Source of the DNA: Chiloscyllium plagiosum
Lineage: Eukaryota
Direction: 5' to 3'
DNA length: 39,053 nucleotides
Assembly (NCBI RefSeq): GCF_004010195.1
Contig: NC_057728.1
Span: 47,031,320 to 47,070,372, forward strand
Under the pieces are notes generated by a model, which was not told the DNA's origin, did not search any database, and saw nothing but the letters and a program-made list of their open reading frames with translations. This document shows positions 1 to 12,705 of this stretch, piece after piece. The position numbers were made by a program, and so were the translations under genes. The stretch's first letter is position 1, and every line of letters begins with the position of its first letter.

Positions 1-205
1 GTGTAAAGGTCGGTGCGCCAAACTACTACCGCGCCTCCCTTGTCTGCCGGTTTGATAGTGAGGTTGGGGTTGGAACGGGGGGAGTGGAGGGCTGCACGTT
101 CCGAGGGTGAGAGGTTGGAGTGGGTAAGAGGGGTGGAGAGGTTGAGGCAGTTAATATCACGGCGGCAGTTGGCTATGAAGAGATCGAGGGCAGGTAAGAG
201 GCCAG
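1..205 (-). mobile_element. Penelope-like element (PLE) RT N-terminal fragment, runs off window start
   Basis: Minus strand translates without stops as GLLPALDLFIANCRRDINCLNLSTPLTHSNLSPSERAALHSPRSNPNLTIKPADKGGAVVVWRTDLY, containing the PLE-typical NL...IKPADKG motif. Confidence 0.9.
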
Positions 206-229
206 CTATAACCAAAATAAGTTACATCA

Positions 230-1170
230 ATGGAGCAAGTAACTGGCATCTTGGATTTGACAATGTCCTCATGTAGTGTGAAGAAATATCTTTTATTCTT
301 GGTGGGATTTCAAAGTTGGCTAAGAGCACTGGGCATCTGTGAGCCTGGTTTATACTGACTTCATTTCCACTTGTCAGTGTGCACTTTAGTACTCACTGTA
401 ATAAACAGACTGTGCAATAACTTTTTTATTGACTGACTTAAAACTCTGGATTACATCATTCATTCAAAAAAGATCTCTTATTTATTAATTTGCAATATTA
501 ATTTTCAGTAATTTGAAAATGTCCATTTGCACCCTCATAAGTAAATGTTAGACCATGGAAGTACATTTGTGAGAGCTTTTCTGTTGGTCATTTCCAATGG
601 TTTGTGGTAAGCCAAAGAGATAAGGATGGAACCCTCTTTATTCTGGCAATTAGTTTGAGTTTTGTCCTTTGTGTTCATAGTTTGCCTGATATATTGTAAG
701 AACTTTAGAACCAAACACAATAAACTTATCAACTTGTAATAGACATATTCCTAGGCCATCCTTGGATGCATCTACCTCCATAGTAGTGAGCTTGGAGGGA
801 TCATAAGCATAAAGGTTGGTCAGGTCATGGCGAGATGCAATATTGCAGTCTGCAATCTTTTGAAATTCAAAATTACATATTTGACATGTTATGGATAGTG
901 ATAGTATGTCGATCTGTGCATATTGGTATGTCAGTGATAGTAGACCTTTCTGTGTTAGCGATGTGAGAGGTGTCAGATGTCCAACCCACAGAGCTGTATT
1001 GATTTTTAAGATGGCTAATGTCAAATCAATGGATGTCAAACCCATTGTAAGCAGTTAACTTATTGTTTGTGGACTGCACGGGATACCATTCATTTAGGCA
1101 GATCAACAGTACAGGGAAAGGCCCTTTAGAAACATCCACCTTAGTATTGTAATCTCATTTTCCAGCACTT
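230..1170 (-). mobile_element. Degenerate Ty3/Gypsy-type pol relic (RNase H plus traces of protease and integrase-Zn regions)
   Basis: ORF 650-1045(-) contains YDPSKLTTMEVDASKDGLGICLLQ..FIVFGSKVLT..QANY (RNase H DAS motif). ORF 535-732(-) has YHKPLEM (cf. TDHKPL). KLTAYNG lies near 1040-1060 and LHEDIVKSK near 250-280. Frameshifted and internally deleted; boundaries approximate. Confidence 0.7.
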
Positions 1171-1327
1171 GGCCATTGGCATTATCCATTCCAAAGATGT
1201 GCCAGTTTCCTCAGTACATCTCATGTAAGATGTATAAAGGGATAATATTTGTACTGGCAAATAATGTCAATATATATCTGATATCTCAGACCTACATAAT
1301 CAGTTTGGATTTTAGATATTTTTATTT

Positions 1328-1410
1328 AACTTGTTTAGACATATTATGGCCAATCTCTGGAGCACGTGGGACTCCAGTTCAGGCCTTCTGGTCCAGAGAT
1401 AGGGACACTA
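1328..1410 (-). mobile_element. Old tRNA-derived SINE head fragment
   Basis: Reverse strand reads tagtgtccctatctctggaccagaaggcctgaactggagtcccac, resembling a decayed tRNA-like SINE head. Confidence 0.35.
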
Positions 1411-1494
1411 ACATAAGACAAGAGAAGTCATTGGTCAAAATCATGCTCTTTCAGTAGAGTGGCAGAGGATCTGTAACCAATAATGTGTATTTAC

Positions 1495-1745
1495 AACAGT
1501 TGGCAAGAGAATTGGAAACAATATGTGAAGAAACAAGTTTATGCAGTGCATTATTGTAATCTAAAATGCACTGCCTAAAATAACAATAAAAGCAAGCTCA
1601 TAAATAACTTGCTGAAAGGAACTGGATATTCAAAGGAGAAAAAATTACCAAGGTATGGGAAGAACAGGATCTAATTCATAGCTCTTTCTAAGAGCCCATG
1701 CAGGGACAATGAGCTGAATAGCCTCCACCTATGCCATATTACCCG
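1495..1745 (+). mobile_element. Old CR1 LINE 3' end fragment
   Basis: Degenerate CR1 end motifs: aatgcactgcct (WNALP-like), aaaggaactggata, aaggtatggga, gagctgaatagcctcc. Confidence 0.5.
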
Positions 1746-3690
1746 ATGACATTATAATTCCAGCCATTGTGTTGAGGATTGTCATAGCCCTTCAGTATAT
1801 CATGCATTTGCAAATGTTGAGTCTTGCTTGATTCTATTCAGTGACTGATAACAGGGTTAAGATAACATATAACATGCTAATGATCCTTTTGATTTACATC
1901 ACCATGTCTCTCAGAAAATGACTAGAAGCAAAGCTTTAAGTAAACAGAATTGGTTTCATGATGTACTGTACAGCTGATAGTTTTCCAAGCAGTGTTCTAA
2001 TCTGAAAGATCAGTTGGGAAAGGATCATGCTGGAGTCTATCTTTTCTCAATCTTTCATTTGATTATGGAATAAGACATTATAAGCAATATCAACTAAGCA
2101 CCTACAGTTTCATTAATATCTTTTTATATGTGCTCAAGTAAACCCAAATTAATGCTCAACATTTGCATATAAAGAAGTAGAATTAAGCTACAATTTATTT
2201 GCAGTGTTGTAAATCAGAAGTTTAAAAGTGAACTATTCTGCATCAATGATAAATAAATAGTTAGTCTCTTAGTTTATCATACTCCAGGTTTCAGTAAGGT
2301 TTCTGTCCAATTTTGCATCTTGGCATAAGCCAATTTTGGCTGTTTTATTTTTCTGCTTGGTGTTGAAGGCCAAATTAAATGTAAACTAATGACATGATAA
2401 TTCTTTCCATTATACCATTTATCCCTTTATTAGCTAAAAAATGTTCACACTAATGTAGTTTTAGTGGGTCCTTCACACACAGGCAGATGTTGCATTCACA
2501 AAAATGATTAATGAATCTGTAAGGTTTAAAAAATGAGAAACACAGTGACCTGAATTGTGCTCATTAGGGCAGCAGTGTCTTGAAGAAATGTGAAGATCCT
2601 GATTTACATTCCTGGGTATGGTGTGCTGTATTGGGAGAAGTCCTGACTCTGCAAATCTGACCTTCAAACCTGACCATCTGCACTTCATATTTTCAATCCA
2701 GGGGCAGGGTGGAAGGCTAGATTGAGAGTCAGGCAACCGGAGAAGAACCTAAGAGACTGCCAGTTCCCTTCATCAGCCAGTTGGAAAATCTACGTTGGGG
2801 TTTTTGCACTATGTGTACAGTTTAAAACTAAAGTTCAAAACAGGAAACGCCCTTCCTGCTCTCACTGCCTCACTTTGCACCCACCAACTTCAGCATTCCA
2901 TCCACCCATCAAATAACCCTCAACTAACCTATGCCATCATCCTGGGCCCCTCATACCCCCATGCCAATCCACCCATCTATCATTGGCCCTTTTATTCCCA
3001 ACACACACATGGCTCTCTACAAGCCCTATGCTAGTTTATGCCCCCACCCATCACCCATTCCAACCCAAAACAATCCACCCATTATCCAGCAGGGGCTTTA
3101 ATCAAAAGGCAGGCCCAACAGAAAATGATGTTGCCATGTTGGATGTTGCCATTGAAATTAAAAACACCTTAATTGATATTCAATATATTGAAATTTCTTC
3201 AGTAAATCACTTACGTAAACAATCACTTAAGTGCTCAATGTTTCATGTAAACAAACATTTCATTTAAATGCTTAATCTCTTATTCCAAAGAACTTTTACA
3301 TTCAATAAGCAGCTGGAGCTGCCCTTCAATAAACACCCTATTGCTTAAATTATAATTTAGAAAATCAGTTATGCAGCACAAATCCTACAATAATTTTATG
3401 TAAACAGGAACTCTTAGCTGGCAACTACTTCTTTTGAACTCCACATCCTTTTTTAGGCAGTTTATTCATAACTTTGCCAGTCCCAATGAATGCATTCATT
3501 TTTTATGCACAAGCATCCCATTTCACAATCCTAAAAGGAGCTTTTCCTCCGACAAAGTTGTCCTGGAGCCAAAGAAATGCCTCACAACTTTCCAGGTCTC
3601 ATCCCTGATGTCTCCCTCACATCCCTTCACTCCCTCACAATGCCTTAGACCCACCCAAGCAAACTTATGTTCTTTGAGTATACTCATAGA

Positions 3691-4005
3691 GAGGTGGTAG
3701 TCTAATGATAATACCACTGGAGTAGTAATCCATAATTTGTTGGTATGTAAGTTCAATTCCCACTATGGCATATGGTGATGTTGACTTCACTTTTTTAAAA
3801 CAAAAACGTCTGTAATGGAAAACTAGCCAAACAGTGACCATGTCACTACAGCTGATTGTCATAAAAACTCATCAATTAATTCATGTTGCTTTGGGAAATC
3901 AGTTTTCTTTGTGGTTGACGTTTGAATGGTCCCCATAAGTCACTTAGTTCAAAGACAATGGGAAATAAATGCTGGCTTTGCCACATCCCATAATGAATTT
4001 TAAAA
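3691..4005 (+). mobile_element. tRNA-derived SINE (non-HE1 family)
   Basis: tRNA-like head with B-box-like gttcaattcc (3751-3760) and 3' end aataaatgctggctttgccacatcccataatgaa plus A-rich tail; related minus-strand pieces at ~19670-19780 and ~23330-23550. Confidence 0.6.
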
Positions 4006-4591
4006 ATGCCAACTTAGTGTTTACTTCCATCCTCTCAGCCTTCACCTACCATGCCACTCATTGAGCATCCACAAGTATCTATAAGTATAGGGGAAATATG
4101 TATTTCTAATATTTAAAGTTCTACATGGCACTCTCTTGAGAAATCAACTCCCTTTCATAAATATACATTTTGATATTTGTTATTTTTAATAGGTCAACAT
4201 TTGTGACAAGTCTCAACAATTGAGGCAGTTCCTGTGAGTTTTTCACATTATATGCATAATAATCTACAAAGTTAACAGCCTTAAAGGACCACCTGACCCC
4301 CCTCCCGCCCCCCCCCCCCCCCCTGCAAATGAAGGATCCTTGACTCCAACCTTAAAGGATATGCCTACCACTCAAAGGATATCTGACCCCTATCCAGAAG
4401 ATTTATGATAGCATACCCACATTAGTAGCTCTCCAAAGATGTCCCCTGGTTATCCAAGAGAAATGCATTGAGAACAGACTGGCTTTTATGTGGTTAGTCT
4501 CCACACTCTGGGTTCTTGACTCCAAAGTGCAATTTCAGTGGAAGCAGCTGGTCATTTAAGTCACCAAGTGCCTCTAGAAACTGTGTATATA

Positions 4592-4806
4592 CAGTTCTGC
4601 TATAACGTGTGTTTCTTCAACACAAATTGGCTATAACGCAATTGAATAATTTAGATCATTATTTGTAGAACGCGAACTTTCCTTACCTATATTGGCTATA
4701 ACGTGATTCCGATCTCAATGGTTTAAGTGATACTGCTATTACATGATTTTCTTATTACGGGGGATCGCACGGAAATGAAACTAGCACATTATATCAGAAC
4801 AGACTG
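4592..4806. mobile_element. Non-autonomous Tc1/mariner-pogo-type MITE
   Basis: TA-CAGTTCTGCTATAACG...CATTATATCAGAACAGACTG-TA: imperfect TIRs starting CAGT, TA on both sides; a diverged copy lies at 23722-23935 in opposite orientation. Confidence 0.75.
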
Positions 4807-5896
4807 TACAAATTACAGCCTACCCCAATCCCATCCCTGTGAAGATTAAAAATGGCACTTTCAGGGTTTGGGATTCCCAACATCTCCTACCATTTTTGCC
4901 CCAATGAAAATCTACATTGTGTCTTCTTGTTCTTGGAAAGTCTTTGACGTAAAGGGGTAAATGTAAAAGTTCTGATCTGACCCCATCAAAAATCTGATGG
5001 TAGTGTAAATATTTTGGCTGCAAACCAGTGAATTTCAAGTTCAACTGAGGTGGTTCCCCACTGGACAGCAAGTAGAGGCAGAAGTCAATTTTATTTCAAT
5101 CCTCAGGCTGTTTCTACTGCCAGATGTAGGAATGCAATTAATTTTATTTGCAATTTATAATCCTGGAATGACTTGCTGCTGAGTTTATAGCTAGTAATCA
5201 CCCACCCCTTCCCCAAAGCCATGGCCCTAGCTTAGCTAAGGATGTCAATGAAGAAATGTGTGTCTATGGCGTAATTACGTCATTTACATACCATAAATGG
5301 CTAGGCACATCATGCACCTGCCCAAAAAGTGATTTAATTTCAAAAGAGCGTGAACATCTTTGTATTTTGGGAATCCACTACATGCTGTCTTGACACACAG
5401 TAACAAACCATTCTGCCCATTCCAACAATTTTCTAGCCCTATGGAAACATATAATATTTGAGTTAATCATTAAACAGGACAAAGAAACACCATGAAACTC
5501 TTTGATGACCAAAGAAATAATATGCTGTGGTTTCTGTGCACTGGAAACATTCTGAAATCTACGCTAAAATGATTTCCCTGAGCTAAATGCTCATGCCCCA
5601 TTGAGGTGTGTTGGTTTCCCAATGTTATATCATCTCCAGGAGATTTTTGGAAAAGAGGAATTGGCTTAATTGGCTTCCAGGTCCCAAGAGTCATCAGCAA
5701 ACAGATTAGCTGTCTGGACGTAGCCTCCTAATGCTAGGTTGGTTAAGCCCATACTCCAGACAGGCATTTTACCAGCTTGACATTAGTTACAGCCAAAGAC
5801 TATCACACAGAGTTTAGCTGGTGGGTACCATTTTTAAATTCACATTTTAAAAAGTTGGAGAGAGGGAACTTCCATCGTGGTGCTCCTCCTGAGCAA

Positions 5897-6225
5897 GGGC
5901 AGCATGGTGGTTTAGTGGTTAGCACTGCTGCCTCATAGCGCCAGGGACCTGGGTTTGATTCTAGCCTCGGGTGACTGTCTGTGTGGAGTTTGCACATTCT
6001 CCTCGTGTCTGTGTGGGTTTTCTCTGGGTGCCCCATTTTCCTCCCACTGTCCAAGGATGTGCAGGTTAGGTGAATTGGCTATGCTAAATTGCCCCAAGTG
6101 TTCAGTGATGTGTATGCTAGGTCCATTAGTCGGGAGTAAGTAGAGGGAATGGGTCTGTTCAGAGTACCAGTGTGGACTTTTTGGGCTAAAGGACATGTTT
6201 CCACACTGTAGGGATTCTATTCTAT
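5897..6225 (+). mobile_element. HE1 SINE (V-SINE), full length
   Basis: tRNA head gggcagcatggtggtttagtggttagcactgctgcctca, central V-domain tgtgtggagtttgcacattctcc, HER1-like tail tgtttccacactgtagggattctattcta. Confidence 0.92.
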
Positions 6226-8127
6226 AGGCTCTGCTGATTTGAAAGTCTATTTACATTCTTAATCAGTTGTCCTCTGGCCATTTATTAGTCAGTTTAAGGC
6301 AAGTTGCAGCTACTGTTTGTTCCCACTCAGTGCAGATATCTGATTCCATTTGAACCTGATGGTGTAGATCTGAAGCCCATAGCTATCTACCTGTTTTACA
6401 GTGAAGTCTGAAATCCCATTTCAACATTAGCAAGTCCTTCACTCAGAACTGATGCTGCAGCAGTCAACACACCATTTACAAGGTTGTATGACAGTTTCAA
6501 TGAGGTTTGAATGTACTCAGCAGAATGAATTGCACTCATTCAGGAAGCCAACATGCTGTTTAGAGAAAAAGAGAATCATTCAAGCTTTTCCATTCTCAGA
6601 TAAATTAAAATGCTACACTGTATATGTAGGGAAAGGAAGGGGAAAATTTAAAAGAAAAGCAAGCTTATCTTTAAAACATGACCATCCTTGTAGGAATTCA
6701 ATCAGCATTGCATGTGATTTAAATACCTTTTAATTGCTTCTATTTTGACAATGTTTCTATTAAAACATAACCGAATGGAGTTTAAACAGCTGTATATTAA
6801 GATAAATACTTATCTCAGACTCCAGTTACTATTTGCCGCTCTGCAAAACAAAAGTTAACATTGAGTGACCAACGTTACTCGTATAAATGCTGCTAAGATT
6901 CATTTTCCTTAACATAAGACTAACCTTTTGCTTGATTGATTCGGAACCTCATTGACATGTTTAAATTTATATATTTCCAATCACTTGGATAAAAAGAAAA
7001 TATTGCAGATGCTGGAATTCTGCTTCAGTGTTGAGATCTTACACCATCGATGATCAACTCTGTTTTGTTTTAGGGTCTGGCTTTGTCTTTGTAAACAGTT
7101 TTCCTGCACATTCTGTCCAATGTCATTTGGTACCACTTGCCTTTCAGATTCCAAGAAAAGCTCTATATCTTTTACATAGCTGTCACAAACTATGCCTTAC
7201 AGATTTATTGGTTTAGTGTCTTTCCCTGACTATACTGATAGAGTCAGCTGCACCTCAAGCATGTAATTATTGTCCGCCTGCCACTGTGGCATCATACTGA
7301 CATCCATTCTCTATTAGTGAGTCAATAGTTTGCCCTTTTACCTGCCCAAAAGATAGTTTCTAAAGGCTGTGGAATATGTGGCCAATAAATAAGCATCCCT
7401 GACAATTCCTCTTTGGATAAGTTACAATCTTGCCCTTTAACGCAGCACCTTCCAAAAACTAACTCGTCAATGGACTTACTCATGAGATAGGAAATAATAG
7501 AAAGGTCCCATAACAGAAACTCAGTGTTTTTCTGATACTTAAATCAAAATTTGTTTTTGCTCATTGCTACTATATTTTTCTTCTTTCAAGAAATAATGGT
7601 ATGTGTGTGCAATCAGCAATGTTTAACTTTGTCCATAATTTTGAACACAGTAGCATTTATCTAAATACCGAGAAATACAAACTAAAATTATCTAACTGAG
7701 CAGATTCTGTTTTCTGATCTAATTATGAGCTTAGGCTTATCACTGTTGACAGTCTGTCGTGAAAATCCCTAGACCATGGACTCTGACATGATAAACGGCT
7801 TTATTCATGGTCTCTGCTTCACATTCCTTCTTCGTTAAATGGACTTTTTGCCTGTAGGGTGAAGGTGATTTAAACCCTGTTTAGTGAAATCCTGAGCATT
7901 TCTGACAGTTCTAAAAATGAACCAGCTTTCTTTCCTCATGGTAGCAGCCAGCCAATACTCTGTTGAATAACGAGGTGAGTAGAGAAATAAGCCACTGGAT
8001 TTTTTATTTGTCGTTTTGTGTGCGTGCAAGCACGAGACAGTGCATAGACATTTAATGACCAAGAATAATTAGGTTCCACAAATGACACTCATTGTCAAGT
8101 ACGATGTTAAATACTTTGACTGTTGTT

Positions 8128-8378
8128 ATAGAGTCATAGAGACATAGTCATGCAGCGTGGAAACAGACCCTTCAGTCCAATTCGTCCATGCCAACTAGGT
8201 TTCCCAATCTAAACTTAGAATTTGCCATTTGGTCAACATCCCTCTAAATCTTTCCTATTCGTATCTGTCTCAAAATATTTTAAATGTTGTAACTCTACCC
8301 TCCTCTACCATTTCCTCTGGCAGTTCTTTCCAAACATGCATCATCCTCTGTGTGAAAAAGTTGCCACTCATTCCTTTT
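8128..8378 (-). mobile_element. CR1 (HER1-like) LINE 3' end
   Basis: Begins with atagagtcatagag tail repeats and ggaaacagacccttc; reverse-complement match to 31930-32153. Confidence 0.85.
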
Positions 8379-8556
8379 GGTGCCATCTCTTTGTCGCTAG
8401 GCCCACCTCACCGCTGCATCAATGCTGGGTCCAATGCTAAGCCCACACTTTTCCTGCAACCAGGAGTAACCCGCTTCAATGGTGCATCAGTGACACCAGG
8501 AGAATCCATTCTGGGTATATCACACTGCTGTTGTTGCAGCCGCTGCCTCACCAATG

Positions 8557-8723
8557 CCAGGCGTCCCCGCTCTGGGCCGGGTGCCACCAGGCGTCCCCGC
8601 TCTGGGCCGGGTGCCACCAGGCGTCCCCGCTCTAGGCCAGGTGCCACCAGGCGTCCCCGCTCTGGCCCTAGTGCCACCAGGAGTCCCTGCTCTGGGCCGA
8701 GTGGAAGCAGGAGTCCCTTGCTC
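8557..8723. repeat. GC-rich minisatellite, 30-bp unit x ~5.5
   Basis: Unit CCAGGCGTCCCCGCTCTGGGCCGGGTGCCA at 8557, 8587, 8617, 8647, 8677, degenerating rightwards. Confidence 0.95.
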
Positions 8724-10217
8724 CACTGCCAGACCTAGCTGCTAGCACTGTCTCATCAAGATTCCCGCTCCAGCCACCTTCCCCTGAGATGTTGCTTTGC
8801 TGGCAGCGCCATCTTGAATAGTCTGCTACTGCCATCAGTAGAATGGCCAACAAATGGTACTGCGTGTTTTGATATGTCTAATGGCCCATTTACATTGAAA
8901 ATGGGGCAGCATCAAAAGTCAGCCTGGTAAGCTGTAAATGACACTAGGCAGCCTAAAATTATCAAACTAACTTAGAGGAAGACACCAGGTTATAGTGAAC
9001 ACCTTAACATAACTTTCTGCAGTGATAAGTATAATATGATATTATTGAGAGAGAATGTGGAATATGATAGCTGACAAGACCTAAATTCCTTGCTAACTGT
9101 GGGTGAATTAGAAGTGCTGGACCAGTAACAATTGTATAAACCAAAATCAAACAATTAATTTGTACAGAGCAGATCCAAAATGTTCAAGAGAATTTTGATA
9201 GCCAGGAAGCAATCCTTTTCTGGTCGCTGTCAAGGCAACCATTGCCCTTATGTTCTATGTTCCTGGCACCTTTCAGATTCCATTTAGTAGCATTGCTAGA
9301 ATGTGGCAGTCCTCCATGACAAAGACTATCTGCTAAGGTGCAGCTGTTTGTTTGAGGGGGAACTGCCAAGTTCATCATGTTCCCTTTGGGCCAGGCGGAC
9401 ACATCATAATAAACAGGAGCGCTATTGAAGTCTCTGATGTGGGAATGACTAATATGCATTGATTCACATCTGTTCAAATGTTCCAAGTGCATCAAAGTTC
9501 CACTCATTTCTCTGGCAAGTTTGGACTCTTCCTTTGGTGCGTAAAAACAGAATGCAATACTAGTTACACAAGATGTGTGAAATGTTTTGAGAGGTTTTCA
9601 GAAAATGAATGAGTAGAAGATAATTGGGGCCTGGTTTTGAGTTTACTGGTGGCATGTGATTGCAATATGTGTCCAAACTGAGAGGTTTGTGAATGGATGG
9701 CTGTGAAACTCTGAGGAGAATCGATACATCTTCTCTCTTCTCAAAATTTCAAGAAATTATTGAACATAACTTTCTGGTTGAGGCACCCAACCTTGCAACC
9801 TAAACGGAGCAGCACATGTCCTTTTTAAATCTTCCTTCTCTCACCTTCAAAATATGTCCCCTAGTTTTGAACTCCCCCACTTTAGGGAAAAGGCCTCTGT
9901 TACTCACCTTATCTATGCTCCTCATGATTTTATAAACCTCTATAAGGTCACCCCTTGATCATCTACACTCCAGTGGAAAAAAAGTCCCAGCCTATTTTTA
10001 TAACTCAAACCCTCCATTCCCGGTAACATCATGGTAATGTTTTTCTGAACCCTCGCCCGTTTAAAAATATCCTTCCTATAACAGGGTGATCAGAACTACA
10101 CAAGTATTCCAGAAGAGGCTTCACCAATGACCTGTACAACCTCAATATGACATCCCAACTCCTCAAAGGGCTGAGCAATGATGGCAAGCATACGAAGTGA
10201 TTTCTTAACCACCCTAT

Positions 10218-10837
10218 AGAACATAGAACATAGAAAGTATAGCACAGAACAGGCCCTTCAGCCCACGATGTTGTGCTGACCACTGATCCTCATTAGATTA
10301 GATTACTTTACAGTGTGGAAACAGGCCCTTCGGCCCAACAAGTCCACACCAACCCGCCGAAGCGCAAACCACCCATACCCCTACATTTACCCCTTACCTA
10401 ACACTACGGACAATTTAGCATGGCCAATTCACCTGACCTGCACATCTTTGGAACTGTGGGAGGAAACCGGAGCACCCGGAGGAAACCCACGCAGACACGG
10501 GGAGAATGTGCAAACTCCACACAGTCAGTCGCCTGAGGCGGGAACTGAACCCGGGTCTCTGGCGCTGTGAGGCAGCAGTGCTAACCACTGTGCCACCGTG
10601 CCACCCACTTATGTATGCACCCTCAAATTTTTGTGACCATATGCATGTCCAGTAGTCTCTTAAATGTCCCCAATGACCTTGCTTCCACGACTGCTGCTGG
10701 CAACGCATTCCATGCTCTCACAACACTGTGTAAAGAACCCGCTTCTGACATCCCCTCTATACTTTCCTCCAACCAGCTTAAAACTATGACCCCTCGTGTT
10801 AGTCATTTCTGCCCTGGGAAATAGTCTCTGGCTATCT
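10218..10837 (-). mobile_element. Younger CR1 3' fragment nested in the older CR1 and itself split by an HE1 SINE
   Basis: (ATAGAAC)n tail at ~10216-10235; minus ORF has LFPRAEMTNTRGHSFKLVGGKYRGDVR..FFTQ. Confidence 0.85.
10292..10606 (-). mobile_element. HE1 SINE, young full-length copy
   Basis: Reverse complement of HE1 head, V-domain and tail; (TAATC)n tail read as attagattagatta; CpGs largely retained. Confidence 0.95.
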
Positions 10838-12705
10838 ACCTGTAATGCAACTTTCAAAGAATTATATACCTGAACCCCTTGATCTCTCAGTTCTGCAACA
10901 CTACCCAGGGCTGTACCATTAATGTATAAGTTCTGCATTTGTTTGTTTTACCAAAATACAATACCTCGCATTTATCCAAATTAAACTCCATCTGCCACTC
11001 TTCAGCCAATTGACTCAACTGATCAAAATTTCTTTGTATTTTTAGATAAGCTTCTTCATTGTCCACTAAACCACCAATTTTGGTATCATTCGCAAACTTA
11101 TTAATCATACCTTCTATATTCTCACCCAAATTACTTATATAAATGACAAACAAAAGTGGACCGTGTACCCATTCCTGTGGAGTACTGCTCGTCCCAGGCC
11201 TCCAGTTCAAAAACAACCCTCCACCAGCACCCTCTGTCTCCTATCATCAAGCCAATTTTGTATCCATTTGGCAAGCTCAGCCTGATCCTACCTGATTTAA
11301 CTTTACCAATTAGTCTACCAGGCAAAATCTTATCAAAATATTACTGCAAGCAGTCGCTGTTCGTAATCTAATAATTTTCTGCAGCACAGACACAGATGTG
11401 TTTGTGAACATAATGTTTGTATATAATACTCAGTTCTAATAAATATCTATTAGATTCTTCAATACCATAACCTCCACATTCAGATTCTTACATTGCAGGA
11501 AATAAGTATTGCCACATCATCTAAAATATGATGCCCCGCTGAAAGGTTAACAAATGGGACACAATCACGTTTTTAAAAAAAAAAGATTGATTTGTAAATC
11601 AGGGCATTTCTGAAAGTGGGGATAGAAAGAAACTAAACAAATTTAATCATGCTGTCTTATCAGCTACACTAGTTCAATAACATCTAGTGAAAGCCCTGAC
11701 TTTGGTGGTTTAGTTACTTCAGTTCCAGGGCAAGTCAACATGATGCTGTTGCAAGCCTGGCGCAGTTCCAGAAGTAGCCACTGAGGGGTGGCTGCTGATA
11801 CAGATGAGCTGCCAGCCCTCTGACTATTAGAGGCAAGATCTCATCCTTGTTGCTAGGCAATTCGACACCTAACATTTATTTGTATGGGACTCCAAAAATC
11901 AGCGAAGGTGCTGTTGCTGCTGAGTTGGGCACAGCAATGTAAATTCTTGCCCTTAGGCTCTCTTTGTTTGAGCACCAAAAGCCTTTGGCAAAAGTTATAA
12001 AGGTAGGAATTTAAACCTGGTACTTTAAATCTAACTTTACATCAAACAACAAATTAGAGCTGAAAGAAAAATAGAATCCCTTCCAGATCAATTCAATGGA
12101 AATCTCAAAATGAGGCAGAGGTGTTGTCTAATGTTACCTTTTCCTTCATACTAATGGTAGGTGACAGAAATAGAGAAGGTAATTATTCCAGTTGGTGGTG
12201 TAGGATTTTGTCATCTTTAATGTTAAAACCTGGGCAATCAAACCTCATAAGTAATAACACTCATTGTGTCTCCCTTCAACAGCTTGACAGCCACTTAACA
12301 GAGCAAATAATTCTTGTTCAGACCGAGAGAGAAACTATGAGAAAGTAATCATATTTTTACAGTTAAATTCAAACATTTAAGGTATTTATTTCTAGATCCA
12401 CATCATTAGGACCACATCGCATGTAAAACCAATCCTGTCTGTATGAAAAGTTTCATTTGATATCATTTAATTAATGGGATCTTTCCATCTTTCTGTACTT
12501 GCGTAAATTTCATTTGAACATTCATAGAGATTTTTATACTTATTGTCATAATTGCAACCAAATGCACAATGAACAAGTATTCAGGTCAGAGTGTAACTAC
12601 TCCATCAATAAATTCATGCCAAACAGATGAAATAGTTACCAGCATGTCATCTTCACCTTCCCACAGAAAAAAAATGCCTCCTTATTCTCTAAATGCCTCC
12701 TTATT

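Larger units (their letters stand above)
9828..11335 (-). mobile_element. Older CR1 LINE ORF2 (RT) fragment interrupted by nested insertions at 10218-10837
   Basis: Minus ORFs give GPLLFVIYISNL..INKFANDTKIGG..WQMEFNLDKCEVL (RT core, FADD-like) and LRLYRSLVKPLLEY. Confidence 0.9.

Noticed and set aside
2630..3250. C-rich tract possibly from an old non-autonomous DNA transposon
   Set aside because: No TIR or TSD could be defined by eye
4280..4400. C16 run and loose AAAGGAT..TGACCCC repeats
   Set aside because: Low-complexity and too degenerate to assign
5897..5975. tRNA genes at the HE1 heads (also ~10530-10606, 18121-18195, 35600-35674)
   Set aside because: The tRNA-like parts continue directly into the V-domain and LINE-like tail, so they are SINE heads
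8557..8723. CRISPR-like array
   Set aside because: Repeats are head-to-tail with no unique spacers, there are no cas genes, and the context is vertebrate
8229..8745. Overlapping ORFs with repeated peptides (TRRPRSGPGA etc.)
   Set aside because: By-product of a stop-free 30-bp GC-rich minisatellite open in several frames
9184..9507. 107-aa minus ORF (also 24959-25330 and 29677-29916) as host exons
   Set aside because: No recognisable domain or convincing splice-site pair
11776..11861. CTCF-like (CCACTGAGGGGTGGC) and RFX-like (GTTGCTAGGCAAT) motifs
   Set aside because: Both deviate from consensus, and short matches are expected by chance without conservation data
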